Positions 37,250 through 53,188 of a stretch of 64,000 bases of DNA are shown here, in pieces. A program made the translations under genes and the position numbers. The stretch lies in NCBI GenBank assembly GCA_951406725.2, contig OX597825.1:75268001-75332000 (forward strand). The letters run 5' to 3'. The notes under the pieces are model-generated. The model ran no database searches, was not told the origin of the DNA, and worked only from the letters and a program-made list of their open reading frames with translations. The DNA is from Octopus vulgaris (lineage: Eukaryota). The number at the start of each line of letters is the position of its first letter. The first letter of the stretch is position 1.

Positions 37250-40200
37250 TATTTTTCTTTTTATCTAAAAAAAAAATTATCATGTCACAATGGTAAAAGA
37301 GATAAGAATGTCATCTTATTTCAAGAGAAGACTATAAAACTGTTTGCTCTTAGGAGTCTGCCTTCATTCTAGAAATGCAACATCATAATCCTGCCCTAAC
37401 ATTGAGCAAAACACTTCATTTCATGTTTCTTCAGTCCATTCAGCAGGCAAAAATGAGTAATCCTGCAACAGACTAGTGTCCCATCCAGGAGAAAATATAT
37501 ATATATATACACCAGCGAAACAAAGAAACCAATCCTATGCTCTTTACATAGTAATGTGGACTAACCATAGAGTTACCATCTATTAATTCCAATTCCAAGG
37601 CATTGGTTGCTCTGAGGTAATTGTAAAAGAAAACTTGTTTGAAGATTTGAAACCATGTAGTAAGTGAACCACATATCTCCATATCCACACAACTACACCA
37701 GCACCAAGTCACAAATCATAAATGTTCTCATCTTTTGATATTGTTTGATGTTCTTCAAATATGACCCTGAGATCAAATAAATGTATGTAAATATCTTTTA
37801 AACCATGAAGGATATTTACAGAACCAGAGTGCAGGCATGGCTGTATGGTCCAAGGAAACTGCTTCCCAACCACATGGTTTCAGGTTCAAGTTCACTGCAT
37901 GGCACCTCAGGTAAGTGTCTTCTACTACAGCTCCAAATCATCCAAAGTCTTGTGAGTGGATCTGGCAGATGGAAACAAAGAATCCCATCATGAGTGCAAG
38001 TGGGGGATGCATGTGTGTGATTGGGGGTGTTTTTAATCTCTTTTTTCTTAACACTGCATGATGGTTGCAAAATGAGCATCACCACCATAATTACACAAAT
38101 TCCTATGGGTTCAAAAATTGCGGCTCAGAACAAGCATTAACCATTTCACCTCTTAGACTGCTCCACGAGAAAAACCATTTGGTGTCATGTTTAATAATTT
38201 CATTACCATATTTTTGTTGAAATACACTAACATTGTTTCAATTAATTTTGGAATTAACAAAGAATTTAATAAAAGAAATTTGTTATCATTAAACTAATGT
38301 TTGGAACAAAAATTAATATGAAATTTTGATGGAAGGCATTAATTCAGATTCCTAGACAACAGGAAGTTTGTATCATAGGACCAGAAATGGTCTTAGGTGG
38401 GTTGGTAGCAAAAGGTTTAACAGAAATATTTGGACCAAAATGTTTCCGTTTAATTCACAGTTTGCATCTGTTTTCAATTGGATGAACATTCTTCATTTTG
38501 AGTAGTAGTAGTAGTAGTAGTAGTAGTAAATATAAAGATATTACTGTTAGTAGTACTGAAATAAATATTACTATTGACATTTTAAACTAAATTATAGTTG
38601 AGCCTAACTTGGAAGATATTACATTACATAACTATTTAATTATTGCCCCAAAGAATCCGATTGCCCTACTAAATAAGAGCAATTTCCATAATCAAAACAA
38701 AAACTATAACAACAAAAAGAAACATATTGCCTCTGCTACAAATATCTCTAACATTTTGTAACCCTGTAACAATACAAAGAGGATAGGCATATATGAAGTA
38801 CATGTATGAGTGTGAGGTTAAAAAGTTTGCTTTCTAACCGTGTGGATACAAGGCACTTGGGAAAATGTCACGAGCTGTGACATTTCACGAGCTGTGGCCA
38901 TGCTGGGGCACTGCCATTTAGAGTTATATATATATGTATATGTAAGTAGTTATTTAAAACTTGGGTATACACTAGATAGTATGCTGATTAAAGCATTATC
39001 GCTGTCTATGGCTACCTGACGACATTAACAGTATGCATATAGATGCCACTGGATCTACCTCAGGAATTCTTTGGTGTCTGTTGAGTTTATAACAAATGAG
39101 AAAGAGAGAATAAAATTCACAAGATTCACTATGAATTGCAACAATCATTATGACCCATCTTGCATCAGTCCTACACATTGTACAGTATCTCACCTGAGAG
39201 GGACAGATGTAAGATGGGTCAAAAGGTCAAAAAATTGTTGTGATTAATAAAGAATCACATGAATTCCATTTTCTCTTATTCTCATTTGTTATATGTGTGT
39301 GTATGTGTACATGTGCATGCATGTGTGTATGCATGTGTGTGTGTGTGGTAAGAAATATGTCCTCACTGCATGTTGAGAACATATTTGATAATTTAATAAA
39401 ACAACTCTAATCTAGCAAAAAAAAACACCCCAAAACAAAGGTATTTAAAAATAATCATGTATGTTTTCTTGGCAAGCATTCTTATAAGATTATTCAAAAT
39501 GTTCCCATTCAGCTTCTGTTATGTTTCAATACAGCAATGGAATTATTGGCATGCTGGCATTAAATGGTCCTTATGCATTTCAGACATCACCTGGAGAATG
39601 GTGGTCTTAATTGAAGCTACAGTATTGTGTAGGTGTCAATTAGTCTCTCTTCCAACAATGCTCCAAACATCATGCGAGTTTAATGTTACATGATTACAAA
39701 GATTGTTTGATATCCATTCTTAAGTTACGTAGGCTTTGTGAAAAGGCACCAAGTATTGTTGAAACACATATGGCCTTCCACTGCACCAGAGCTTAACAGC
39801 TACTTCTAGCACATCATGTATGTAGCAGTATTAATTCTAAAACCTTGAGGAAAGATGTGAGGTGGCATTAAACAGTCTCACACTACACATTCTCCAGCTA
39901 TGTATCACATATATTTAAAACCTTCAAAGTTCTTTATTACAAAATCCTAGATTTCACAATCTTCGACAATCTCTCAAGATGACACCCAAATAAATATCCA
40001 TCCATCCATTTCTCTGCCCACTAATCCTAGGAGGTTAGTAGGGACAGTATCCTCAAACACCTCCTCCATAGGGCCCTATGTTACCATCATTAAACTTTCT
40101 TTCCTGAGACATTCTTATCACATGTCTGTAGTAACAGAGCTGTGACATCTTAATGCTGAGAAGTAGTGGCTCAACCCAGAGTGAGTCCCTGGTATCTGAG

Positions 40201-43200
40201 GTAAACACCCTTTTGAGTAACATTACTCCCTCATCAGAGAAAAACCCAATTTCAGTTGATTGTACTCACAATGGTACTCTTTTGGTCATTATCCAACATT
40301 CGTGACTGAGAGAGTACCAGATAAATATGACATTGCAAAAACCAATTTCCTCACAAAGACTAGAATCCCCATTTAGAATCAGGATAAACTTCAATTCTGA
40401 TTAGATGCTAATTTTTTACAAAGCTCAGGACTCACATTGAAATACTACTCACACCTATAGAAGGGCAGCTACTGTTTCACACACCAACATTCTAGACCAG
40501 TGGTCCTTAACCGTTTTACTACATAGCCTCCCCTACAAATTTGTCCTTCTCTCCATGCCCCACTTGCAACTATGAATAAAATTCCCTTTCAGATTTTAAA
40601 TAAAATCTAAAATATGTTTTTAGTCTTTTTATTGAATATGAATTAGTCACATTGTACGAAATACGTATAATTTTATATATAATCACATTATACAAAAAAG
40701 TGAGATACTTGACACTGCTTCTTAGCTACAAGATCTTGAATGCATAGTTGAATGCCAGAGAGTGCACAATGTAAGTCCCTTTTAACATCTAGCCTGTTTC
40801 TGTACTTGGTCTTGAGAGCAATGAGCATGGAAAATGCAGTTTCACAAAGATATGTGGATCCAAACATAGTTTTCAATTTTTAAAATTAAGTTGATATTTC
40901 TTAGTAGGTTTCGTTTTTGGATTTGGTTTTCAAGATTCTTTATATGAGTTCGTGTGTTGAAGCATATTCTGTTGTGTCTGGGGAGAGTCATTCTCTTTTA
41001 ATGCCTTATTATTTAACACACTCACCGGTAAAATTTCCACTTATTTCTTATTTTTATTTTCTAAAATTTTCATTGCATCTTGCAACCTTTTCAATAATCT
41101 TGACTCACTTAGTATGTTACTATAATGATCTGATAATGTTTGAGTATGTCTCTTGATTTTTAAGAATCACATTATTTCATATATATGAAAACTGTGGATT
41201 AAACTTGTCTGTAATCTATTAACTGAAAAAGATGTTTGTCTTTACATGATAATAATATTTAAGCTTTATACCAGTGGTTCTTAACCTGAGTCTTGCTGTA
41301 ATGAAAACATTACAAAATAAAAGCCAATGTTAAAGCTACAAATCAGAATTAGTGAGGTTTTTAGGGATATGAAGGGGGCTCAATAAGTACAGAAAAGTAC
41401 AATGTGACTATTTCATATTCAAGTACAGAAAATGGTAAGCAGTACTAAGATAGTAGAATAAGAAAACTAAAGGTATAAGGTGATACTTATACATTTTTTC
41501 ATAAACTTTTCATTATTTGACCATGTTCTTGTTAAGAGAATAACAAATATAATTAGAGAAATTCCTGCTTTTTCTCAAGGGCTTGCGCCCCCAGGTTAAG
41601 TACCACTGTACTAAGCCAATGATAGCAAACCTATGATATGCATATCAACAGTGACATAGTGCAGGTTTTACAATGGCATTCAATGAACTTTGACAAAAAC
41701 ACATCTCAGTACAATACTGCATTATAAAATGCTTATCTATATGTATTTAACTAAAACTAAATTATTTGTACATAACATATCTATTCATTGTTGATTTGTT
41801 CTGGTAGAATAAGGCAGTGATCTGGCAGAACCTTTAATGGCATTTCGTTTATCTTTACATTCTAAGTTCAAATTTCTGAGATCAACTTTGTCTTTCATCC
41901 TTTTGGTTTCGATAAAATAAATACCATGTGAGCTTTGAGGTCAATGTAATCAACTTACCTCATCTCCCAGAATTGCTGACCTCGTACCAAAATTTCAAAC
42001 CAATGTATTCTGGTCAGTTCAAACATAAATATCTTAATCACTGTTGTTTCTCGTTAACAGAGACTACCTCCTACTTTTAGTTTATGTCTGTTCATAACAT
42101 GTATGATTCGCATTCATTACTCGAAAGGAACAGGGAGCCACTGCTATGTTCCAAAATTGTTGATGCCACCCCACTGGATGGATGAACAAGATCTGCTTTT
42201 ACTAGGTTCATTGGCTCAGGAGTAGCTTTGACTGAGGAAACATGATGATTTCAAAACAGTGGCACCTTGAAGTCCCTTTACACTGATGAAACCTGTGTGT
42301 TCATAACACACAGGTTATCTAAAGAGAAGAGGCATTCACTGACAATGAAAATCAACAATGATGAACATTCATATTTGAATCTGGCAGAATGTATTAAAAA
42401 TTCTCAGACACAGGAGTGGCTGTGTGGTAAGTAGCTTGTTTACCAACCACATGGTTCCGGGTTCAGTCCCACTGCGTGGCACCTTGGGCAAGTATCTTCT
42501 ACTATAGCCTCGGGCCGACCAAAGCCTTGTGAGTGGATTTGGTAGACGGAAACTGAAAGAAGCCCATCGTATATATGTATATATATATATGTAAACAGTA
42601 AAAAATAAATACAAACTGGGACAAGAACGTGAAACACCAAGGAGACGACACAAGAACCACAGGAAGGGACATTCGAAGCCCTCAGTCATATGTGTGTGTG
42701 TGTGTTTGTGTGTCTGTGTTTGTCCCCCTAGCATTGCTTGACAACCGATGCTGGTGCGTTTACATCCCCGTCACTTAGCGGTTCAGCAAAAGAGACCGAT
42801 AGAATAAGTACTGGGCTTTCAAAGAATAAGTCCCGGGGTCGATTTGCTCGACTAAAGGCGGTGCTCCAGCATGGCCACAGTCAAATGACTGAAACAAGTA
42901 AAAGAGTAAAGAGTAGATATGTAATGGTGTGCATTCCTGCTGTTCTACGTGCACCCCATGAATTATTATCAGTTTGGTATACAGGTGTCAACATGAAGTA
43001 TACTTGAGTGCAAAAAAGTTTAATGTTGTTTATGATGTCTGAACTTGAAGTTGTATATATATTGTGTTAAGATTCGTTATCAATCATTCTTATTGATAAG
43101 AAACAGTCAAAAGTAACCACAACATACAATCACGAAACATCTTCCCTACTTAATACCATCCAAGTTAACCCTCTTCACCTATACAAACCGTCCAATGGAC

Positions 43201-44219
43201 AGGGGGGCGTTTGCTAGCACAATATGTAATGGTTTCAGATTTTGGCACAAGGCTAGCAATTTCAGGAGAGGGTGTGAGTCAAATACATCAACCCAAGTGC
43301 TCAGCTTGAACTTATTTTATTTAACAGAATTTGAACTTGGAGCATAATGATAGATGTAATGCTGCTTCGCATTTCACCAGGCATGCTAACAGTTCTGCCA
43401 GCTTGCTGTTTTCATAAAGCTATAAATAATAATATGTGGCACGTAAAAAGCACCAACCGATCGTGGCCGTTGCCAGCCTTGCCGGCCATCGTGCCGGTGG
43501 CACATAAAAAGCACCATCCGATCGTGGCTGTTGCCAGCCTTGCCCAGCCCTCGTGCCGGTGGCACGTAAAAAGCACCATCCGACCGTGGCCGTTTGCCAG
43601 CCTCGTCTGGCACCTGTGCCGGTCGCACGTAAAAAGCACCCACTACACTCACGGAGTGGTTGGCGTTAGGAAGGGCATCCAGCCGTAGAAACATTGCCAA
43701 ATCAGACTGGGCCTGGTGCAGCCTTCTGGCTTCCCAGACCCCAGTTGAACCGTCCAACCCATGCTAGCATGGAAAGCGGATACTAAATGATGATGATGAT
43801 GAAGTGTTGGGTTAAAAATTCTTGGTTGGAAAAAGGCAAAGGTTGCCAGTGGGACTCCTTTCATCCAAGGGTTTTACCATTACAAATGGTTTAATTCATA
43901 CGTGTATGAATTTTAAAGTTAAAAGTTTTGAAAAAATGTAGAAAGCTATTGTTCAGCTTGTTTTATTAATCATATTTAAATAGAACAAAATTATGGATAA
44001 GATTTTTTTTTTTAACACATGACAATTTGACATTTAAAAAAATCCTAATGCACAGTGTAGGCATAGGAGTGGCTGTGTGGTAAGTAGCTTGCTTACTAAT
44101 CACATGGTTTTGGGTTCAGTGTCTGCTACTTGGGCAAGTGTCTGCTACTATAGCCTCGGGCCGACCTAAGCCTTGTGAGTGGATTTGGTAGACAGAAACT
44201 GAAAGAAGCCCATCATATA

Positions 44220-44266
<47 letters not shown>

Positions 44267-45964
44267 ATGTGTGTCTGTGTCTGTGCCCCCATCATCGCTT
44301 GACAACTGATGCTGGTGTGTTTACATCCCATAACTTAGTGGTTCGGCAAAAGAGATCGATAGAATAAGTACTAGGCTTACAAAGAATAAATCCTGGGGGG
44401 CGATTTGCTCGACAAAGGGTGGTGCTCCAGCATGACCACAATCAAATAACTGAAACAAGTTAAAGTCTAATACGATGTAGAGAGTGAATGTGTGCTCTTC
44501 TTTGCTGTCATGTCTCACGAATGGACCTTTTTTTAGACCAAATAGTGACTGGTGACGAGAAATGGGTTCACTATGAAAATGTCAAGTGCCGAAAACAATG
44601 GGTAGGGAAAGGAGAAACACCAGCACCCCAGGCTAAAGAAGGTTTTCATCCATATAAGGTGTTGCTATTTGTTTGATGGACATGAAAGTTTTAGTCCACT
44701 TTGAACTTTTAAACCCAAACCAAACAATAACAAAGGAGTTCTACTGTGAGCAGCTTGAGTGGCTTAAATCAGCACTAGAAGAAAAATGACCACCTTTGGT
44801 TTCAAGATGAAAGGTGTTCTTGCATCAGGATAATGCTCGGCCACTTACAGTGAGGATGACATTCCAAAGGCTGGAGCAGTTTGAATGGAAAACAATGCCT
44901 GACTCACCATGTTCGCCGGACATTGCCCCATCTGATTATCATTTATACTGCAGTCTTCAAAAATCTTTTGGATGGAAAAAATACGAATTCTGTAGACGAG
45001 GTCAGAACAGTACTGGAGGAATATTTTTCATCAAGGACAAGTGAATTTTAGAAGAGAGGCCTTGCAAGTCTATCAGATAGATGGAAGAGCATTGTACAAA
45101 ATGGAGAGTATATTTTAGATTAAAAAAAGAACTTTATCTTAATTTTGAAATATAAAAAAAACCGCATTATTTATGTGATGACCCAATATATGACAAGTTT
45201 CATTCAGTTTCTGTCTACCAAACCCCTTCAAAGGTTTTGGCTGGCTCAAAGCTAAAAAAAAAACCCAGTTGCCTAAAGTCCGACATAGTGGGACAACCAG
45301 AAACAATGTAAGGGAGTAAACTCCTTAATCACACAGCCATACTTGTACCTTCACTGACAAGAAAACCAGAACTGATGTCATACAAGTACTAAACAAGAAA
45401 TTTACACAACAGATCAGCTAGTCTCTGAAACTTAGGACAATGAACACTACCTCTGAAATTGGCCAATTGATATGTGTGTGTGTGTGTGTGTGCGTATCGT
45501 CGGAAAAGATTAAATCAGAAAAAGAAGCAGTATATAATATAAATAAACAAGCCTTATCTAACTTTATCTCTCTATATAAAGCTGAAGTTGTCTGTGTATG
45601 GCAGGTTTGGTAGCCTTCAACTAACACTATCTGCTCCGAGACCCTGAGGCGCAAGTTGACCAAAATTGAGAGTATGATAGAAGAAGGCTTGCTCTTCCTT
45701 TCGTAGAAGGAAAAATTCAAATCGGACCATGTTAAGACCAAAAATTATTTACATAAAAAAGGTGATTTTTTTCTATGAAAATCCCTATTTTTTTTACGAT
45801 TTTTTGACTGCTGTGTCGCCATTTTTCGGTGTATTTCAACCAGAAAAATGTTCACTTAAAGAGAATAACAAGCTACATAATGCAAAATTTTTACTTTTCA
45901 AAAATTCCAATTCTAAAGGGTCGAAAAGAAAACAGGCCCGAGCAACGCTGGGCTATACTGCTAG

Positions 45965-46020
<56 letters not shown>

Positions 46021-46574
46021 AAACCTAAGCTACAGGACAGAACATATTTGGATTAATTAAAGTAATGGATTGCATAATATATAACAAATGAAAGTTATCG
46101 ATTATACAATAATTATTTGGAACAAAGTCTGTAATGTCTGTTGGGTTAATATTTAGTTTAACACACGGCTACCAAAACAAGACAAAAGAAGCAAGAGTAA
46201 TAGGTGTAAAAAAATGTGTAGTAAACGAATCCGAAAAACAAAAATTTGCACCAACAAACCGGAATGGGGAGAAAATTTTCGGAAAATTCACACGATCCGA
46301 TTTTTTCCCTCATAGCTTTCAGGAAAATGGATATCTTTTGATAAAATTTTATATAAATACCTTTCAAACGGTATAGATTAAGATTATAAAGAAATTTGTG
46401 AGGAAAATCTTTTCCGAGGGGATGGGGAGAGGACTTCGGAAAATTCACAAGATCCGATATTTTTCCCTCGTAACTTTGAGGAAAATATAATTCTTTTGAA
46501 ATCACAAATTAGGCTTTTCCACAGGAAGTTAAATGCTAAACATCCCTTTGAAGGGTTCGGGTCCTTACTTCTAC

Positions 46575-46613
<39 letters not shown>

Positions 46614-49062
46614 ACATAGAAGGGCCCGAATCCTTCAAAGGGATGTTTAGCATCTAAGTTCCTGAGGATTATATTTTCCACAAAGTTACGAGGGAAAAAC
46701 TCAGATCTTGTGAATTTTCCGGAGGCCTCTCCCCACCCCCGTTGCTCTCCGGGCATTTTTGTTTCCATATTCGTTTCCTACACCTTTAGTTTTTTTACAC
46801 CTGTTGAACAATTTCTTTTTTTGTTTATTTTGTTCCCGGGTAATAATGTCAACATTAACCCAATTTTTTTTTACTTATATTTTTCTGTTGTTTGTTTTGG
46901 TGGCCGGGTGTAAAACTAGATATCAACAGTTTGTTGTAGATAAGTTTTGTCCTTTGAACCAGGCTTGTCTTCATAATCCTCCTGGTTCGTGTTAGCAAAA
47001 GGCTTACCATATATCTTCATGGTGAGGCACTCAACACAGATTTCACAAATACACACAATAAAATACTAGTTAAGGAAACACTAAAAGAATATTTATAGAC
47101 AAAGAAGCAGTCATGTAGAGAGAGAGAGAAGAAGAATCGTTAGTTATACAATTAGATAGATGAATCTATCGATAATAAGCTTCGTTAAACAACGAAACGG
47201 GGATTACGATCAGAAGAGAAAGATAGTAGGAAGAATGATATATTTAATCGTTCCTCCCCACTTGTTTTTTTAATATTTTATTCTTTTTTAATATTTTATT
47301 CATATCACATATTCTTTTCTGTAACTGAATCTGGAATCTGGCCAAATCAAAACAAATACCGTGCATGTTTTCAGTTTATTCAACATTTAAATACATCTAT
47401 AAACTTAGGAGCATATTTTGTTCTCAGTTCATCTCATTTTCTAGTTAATACATTTAATCGGTGTCACCTTCCTGTTAATAAAACTACAAGAAAATTAGTT
47501 GTTCGAGAGTTCTCCAGTAATCTCTAAAATATATATTTTTTGATATCCTACATTGACGAGTGACATTCTTTTTGTGAGTTACCTTGCGACTTCGCCTTAA
47601 TTAAGAATAAGACTAAAAGACATCGAAAAGTAGATGAGTACCCGAGCTAATGAGGAAGCCTTCGCGTGGTTATAAGAGCCACGAGAAACAACAACCAATT
47701 CTCACTCAATTCTTATTTTATCGTCTTAATGAAAGCAAAGATATTTGATATTTGTAGTCCAATATATATATAAGACATGATGGTTCTTTAATCATAGAAG
47801 TCAGCTTGAGTAATGCTGGCCTGGGTTAAACAACATAGCCGTTTACGGGTCTGCCGATCCTAGACCTCGCTTTTTGGTTCGTTTCCATGTTCGACGTAGA
47901 CGTACTGATAATGTGTTGCTATCTCACATGAAATGATAATACTGCAAACAGTTTGTGAGATGATATAGCTTAGGCATTAATAACTTGACTTAAGCATCCG
48001 TATATGTTACAGCTGTAGCATTTATCTAAGACAGGGGGAAAATATTTGAAGAAACAGCCAATATAAATTGCATCACTTTACGAACTACATACGCACATAA
48101 TTATATATACGTGTATATATATGTATGTATGTGTGAGAAAAATGCAAAATATTTGATTATGTAAATAGATGTGTATCTCGAGAGTAGACAAGTATGTGTG
48201 CACGCATACATATATTAACAACCGTCTGGGCGATAAAGGTACCGAGCAAAGCAATACACTAGGGTCTATAGTAATTAACTAATTAGCCAATTAACTACAG
48301 CATGCATTAGCTAACATTTACCCCCACACCAACTCCAAAAAAAAAAAAATCGTGGGAGCCCAAGCAACTGTTAACCTCAAATGGCACTGCACACGCAAAT
48401 GTTGGAAGTTTATCAGATTTTATTTTTGAAAAAATTAATGTAACTAGTAAACTAGACACTGCAAGCTTTCCTTCCCAGCTCGAGCCAGCGAGGCTAGACC
48501 GAGGAGACAGTAAAAGGCCTAACAGCATGACGATTTTTTCCTGTCCGTATCGGCAGGCCCCTCATCTGGAAAGTCACAAGCGGCAACACCTTCTCCAGCG
48601 GCAACATGGTGTATTCAACAACCAGTCCAGGCTCTGCTGCTGCAAGTCAGATTGAAAAAAGCTGTCAAAGTATCCGGTGCTCTCTAACAGGTTTATAGTT
48701 GAACCTATAGTAGCGGAAACCAACGGCGTGGCGGAATCGTTAGCACGCCGGACGAAATGCTTAGCGGTATTTCATCCGTGTTTACGTTCTGAGTTCAAAT
48801 TCCGCCGAGGTCGACTTTGCCTTTCATCCTTTCGGGGTCGATTAAATAAGTACCAGTTACGCACTGGGGTCGATATAATCGACTTAATCCGTTTGTGTGT
48901 CCTTGTTTGTCCTCTCTGTGTTTAGCCCCTTGTGGGTAGTAAAGAAATAGGTAAATGTTGATCCTTTCTCTCTCTCCCCACACAAAAACGAAACAAATTT
49001 CAACGCCTAAAATTGCAAAGGGAAGATCTATTTCTAGCGCCGAAATGTTTCATTTTTGTGTG

Positions 49063-49093
<31 letters not shown>

Positions 49094-50321
49094 TGTGTGT
49101 GAGTGGGTGACGAAGTTTACCTAAACATTGAATGAGTAACAATCTATCATAATACATCATCGTTTAATGTCTGCTTTCCGTGCTGGCATGGGTTGGACGG
49201 TTTGACCGAGGACTGGCAAGCCAAGAAAATCTATTCAGGATTATTAAATATGATTATATCCAGTGATTTTAAGAATTAGGAAAAAGATATTTTGTTAATA
49301 TTTGACTTTTACTCCATTTCACTCATACATGCAAAAACTCTTAACAGTTTTTTTTAAATGAATTTATCGTTCGTTATCTCTCCACACTTCGTTACTACTA
49401 ACTCCTATAACCTCTGCATTTTCACTTATTCATTTTAAACTTCTTTGAATGCAAAATGTTTATCTAAAATTATGGGTAAAGAAAGAAATAGCAAAAAATT
49501 ATTTGAAAATGGAGGCGGGGAAATTTCCGAGAGTTCCACCTCACCCCGTTTTCCGGATTCAAAAAGGGCTTTGGAACATATTAGGAGGTCACCGGAATTC
49601 AGTCAACGAAAAAAAAAAAACTCCAATGATTCCGGGATATGAGAAGGGGTACGGTTTCCCACCCAACCTTTTTTTCTGAACAAAAATAAGGGGTTTGCAG
49701 CATATTATGAAGTCTGGGTACTTGATTCCGTGCGAAAAATCCGAGTTTTTCTTCTTAGTGAAAATCGTGCAAGTGAAAAGATCAATGGGGGTGGGGATGA
49801 AATTTCCAAGGCTTCTATCTCACCCCACCCCGTTTTCCGGACTCAAAAGAGGGTTTTGTAGCATATTAGGTCATCGGAATTCATTCAACGAAAAAAAAAA
49901 AATTCCAGTGATTCCGTGAGTGGATTTGGTAGACGGAAACTGAAAGAAGCCTGTCGTATATATGTATATATATGTGTGTCTGTCCCCCTAGCATTGCTTG
50001 ACAACCGATGCTGGTGTGTTTACGTCACTTAGCGGTTCGGCAAAAGGGACCGATAGAATAAGTACTGGGCTTACAAGGAATAAGTCCCGGGGTCGATTTG
50101 CTCCAGCATGGCCACAGTCAAATGACTGAAACAAGTAAAAGAGTAAAAGAGTATATATAAAATAATAAGTACAATTATTCAATAGTCAAGATAAAACTCT
50201 GAGTTTCAGATACCGAAATGGAAATCCACAACACCATCTCTTCGGTTATCTGGCCATCTATTTCCTCTATTTACATAATATTGAGGTCTCTTTCTTTCTT
50301 TTGTTATCTTACCGTTTTTAC

Positions 50322-50352
<31 letters not shown>

Positions 50353-51136
50353 GGGTGGAGTCTTCGACTTGGCCTGAGCATGGACTCAAACCCAAATGAA
50401 ATGAAATGAAATATATATATAAGAATGAAGATATTTTTCTGGGGGTTATAGACTAAAAGAGTTGGTTTCTGCAGAGGTCTACTTTTCCTTTCATCCTTTT
50501 GGGGTTGATAAAATAAATACCATCTGAGCATTGGGTCGATGTAATCGACTGGCTCCCGACCCACAAAATTTCAGGCTTGCGCCTATAGTAGGGAAAAAGG
50601 CGATCTTTCGATATGAGAACTGTGATTATGACTTCTTAAAACACGTGTATATGTTTATGTTTCTGAAGAAGATCGTCTGTTTCCGTAAAATCTTTTATTA
50701 TTTTTTTACATGTGTGGGGTGAAGGGAAAGGGGACCTTTTGAAGTCGGCGTGAAAGCGAAAGAGACCGAGAGAGCGCGATTGGATCAGGGAAGTTCTTTT
50801 GAAGTTGGCGTGCCGTGTGCCGTGTGTGTGTGTGAGACAGAAAGTGTAGTGTGTACGTATTCTTTTGTTAGTGTGTGTGAAGAGGCAGAGAGAGTAATGT
50901 TGCTGGTGTGTGTGTATGTGAGAGAGAGAGGTTATGTAAGTATGGCTTCAGTGACATCCACACATGCACGCATACACAAAACATACGAACGTATACCTAT
51001 TGCATGCATGTTTTTTGTACGCATACACGTGCATGCGTATTTACTTCATTTAGCGAGTGAACGTGTGAGTGATTGACAGAGTAAAAGAGAGGGAGAGAAG
51101 TTATGTATGTATGTATAAGTATGTATATACATACAT

Positions 51137-51195
<59 letters not shown>

Positions 51196-51209
51196 TAGAT
51201 ATATGTATG

Positions 51210-51240
<31 letters not shown>

Positions 51241-51497
51241 GCATATATATATATGTGTGTGTATGCATATATGTATGCATATATATAAGTACGTATATAT
51301 ATGTATATATGTATGTATATATATATGTATGTATATATATGTAGGTATATATATTGATAGATGTATATATATACATACAGATTACATATATATAAACGTA
51401 GATGTATGTATATATATATATATATATACATCTATATACGCATTATATATGCATCGATATATATCTATACATACATATATACACACATCTATATATG

Positions 51498-51537
<40 letters not shown>

Positions 51538-51543
51538 CCCTAA

Positions 51544-51590
<47 letters not shown>

Positions 51591-51629
51591 TGTGGTGAGG
51601 CAAATCGTTGCTGAACCCTAATTATTTAG

Positions 51630-51660
<31 letters not shown>

Positions 51661-53056
51661 GGTGGGGAAGCAAAATTTACAATGAACGTTAAGTTGTTTT
51701 TTCTCAGCAGGCACTAAGTCAATTGTTTTGAATCCTAGCATCTATTGATGTCATAATCATACCTGACACTATTATCCTTACCTTTTCAGAAACTTTTGCC
51801 CATATGAGTAATCAGGAAAACAAACGTCAAAGCGTGTGTGATTTTCTGAATGCACTCGTCACACCAAAGAATAGTTGGAGTGTCCATAAAGACTGTTTAT
51901 AATATAAAGAATAGAATAACTATGAGCAAAACTATTATGAGGAGGTCTGGAAGTGGAGGAATCAACAAAAACATACCAAAGCTTTTATTAAAGCTCTCAA
52001 ATCCAAAATCCTAAAGGATCCAACCAAATCCATGAGAAAAATGGCAATTGAACTTGAGGAAGTCAACAAGACCATTAGAAATGCAGTAAAATATGATTTG
52101 AGGTTAAAATCGTACACCAAAACACTTGTTGACAACAGTTATGAAAGAAAAGAGATTGGAAAGGTGCAAGAAAATTACTACATGGTTCAAGAAAAGGTCT
52201 CCATTGTAACGATCTTTTCAGATGAAAAGATCTTCAGTTTCGATGCTGTTCTGAACCACAGAAATGACAGATTTATTGCAAAATCAACAGCTGAGGTTAA
52301 AGGGACATTCAAAACAAAACATCCTGCACAAGTTATGGCTTTTGATGTTGTGGCTTCCGATGGAAAGAAAATGCCGATAAAATTCTACAAAGCTTATGAA
52401 AAGATCAATGTTAATACTTACTACAAGACTCTGAGATACCAGGTATTGTCATGGCTTAAAGCAAACTACCCAGATGGTAATTATGTATGGACACAGGATG
52501 GTGCTCCAGCACACACAGCTAGAAAAATACAAGATTTCTGCAAATCCAACTTTAGCAATTTTTTGGAATCATGTTTATGGCCACCTTCTAGCCCAGATCT
52601 AAACTCTCTGGACTATACTATTTGGGGCGTTTTAGAACATGCTACCAACAGAACATCACACAGTAATGTCAACTCTCTTAAAGATACTATTAAATAAGAA
52701 TGGGAGACTTTGTCTCACGAATATTTGAGGAACACTTGTGCAAGTTTCAGGAAGCATGTGAAGGCAGATATTGAGAAAGAAGGACACATAGAATAAAAAC
52801 ATTTTCCGTTATGTAAATTTTCTTGTGGCAAATAATTCTCATGACTTTCAATAAACTAATTGGTCCTACAATGTCTTTCAATACCTACCTCAAAATATTG
52901 TAAATTTTGCTTCCCCACCCTGTACATCTATGTATTATATATATATATACACATCTATGTATATATATATACACACATCTATGTATATATATATACATAT
53001 ATACATCTATGTATGTATATGCATATCTATATATATATACATTTATGTATGTATAC

Positions 53057-53095
<39 letters not shown>

Positions 53096-53144
53096 TATGT
53101 ATGTATATGCATATCTATATATATATACATTTATGTATGTATAC

Positions 53145-53188
<44 letters not shown>

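Noticed and set aside
38869-38899. Two CACGAG boxes, possible Mondo/Mlx ChoRE as in TXNIP
   Set aside because: Spacing is about 11 nt rather than 5; it is a short local duplication within decayed SINE sequence.
42279-42318. CTGATGA followed by a perfect 12-bp hairpin, possible hammerhead
   Set aside because: No GAAA or NUH after the stem.
43436-43640. CRISPR-like repeat-spacer array
   Set aside because: The 'spacers' are homologous to each other, the array is part of a dispersed SINE-like element, the context is eukaryotic and there are no cas genes.
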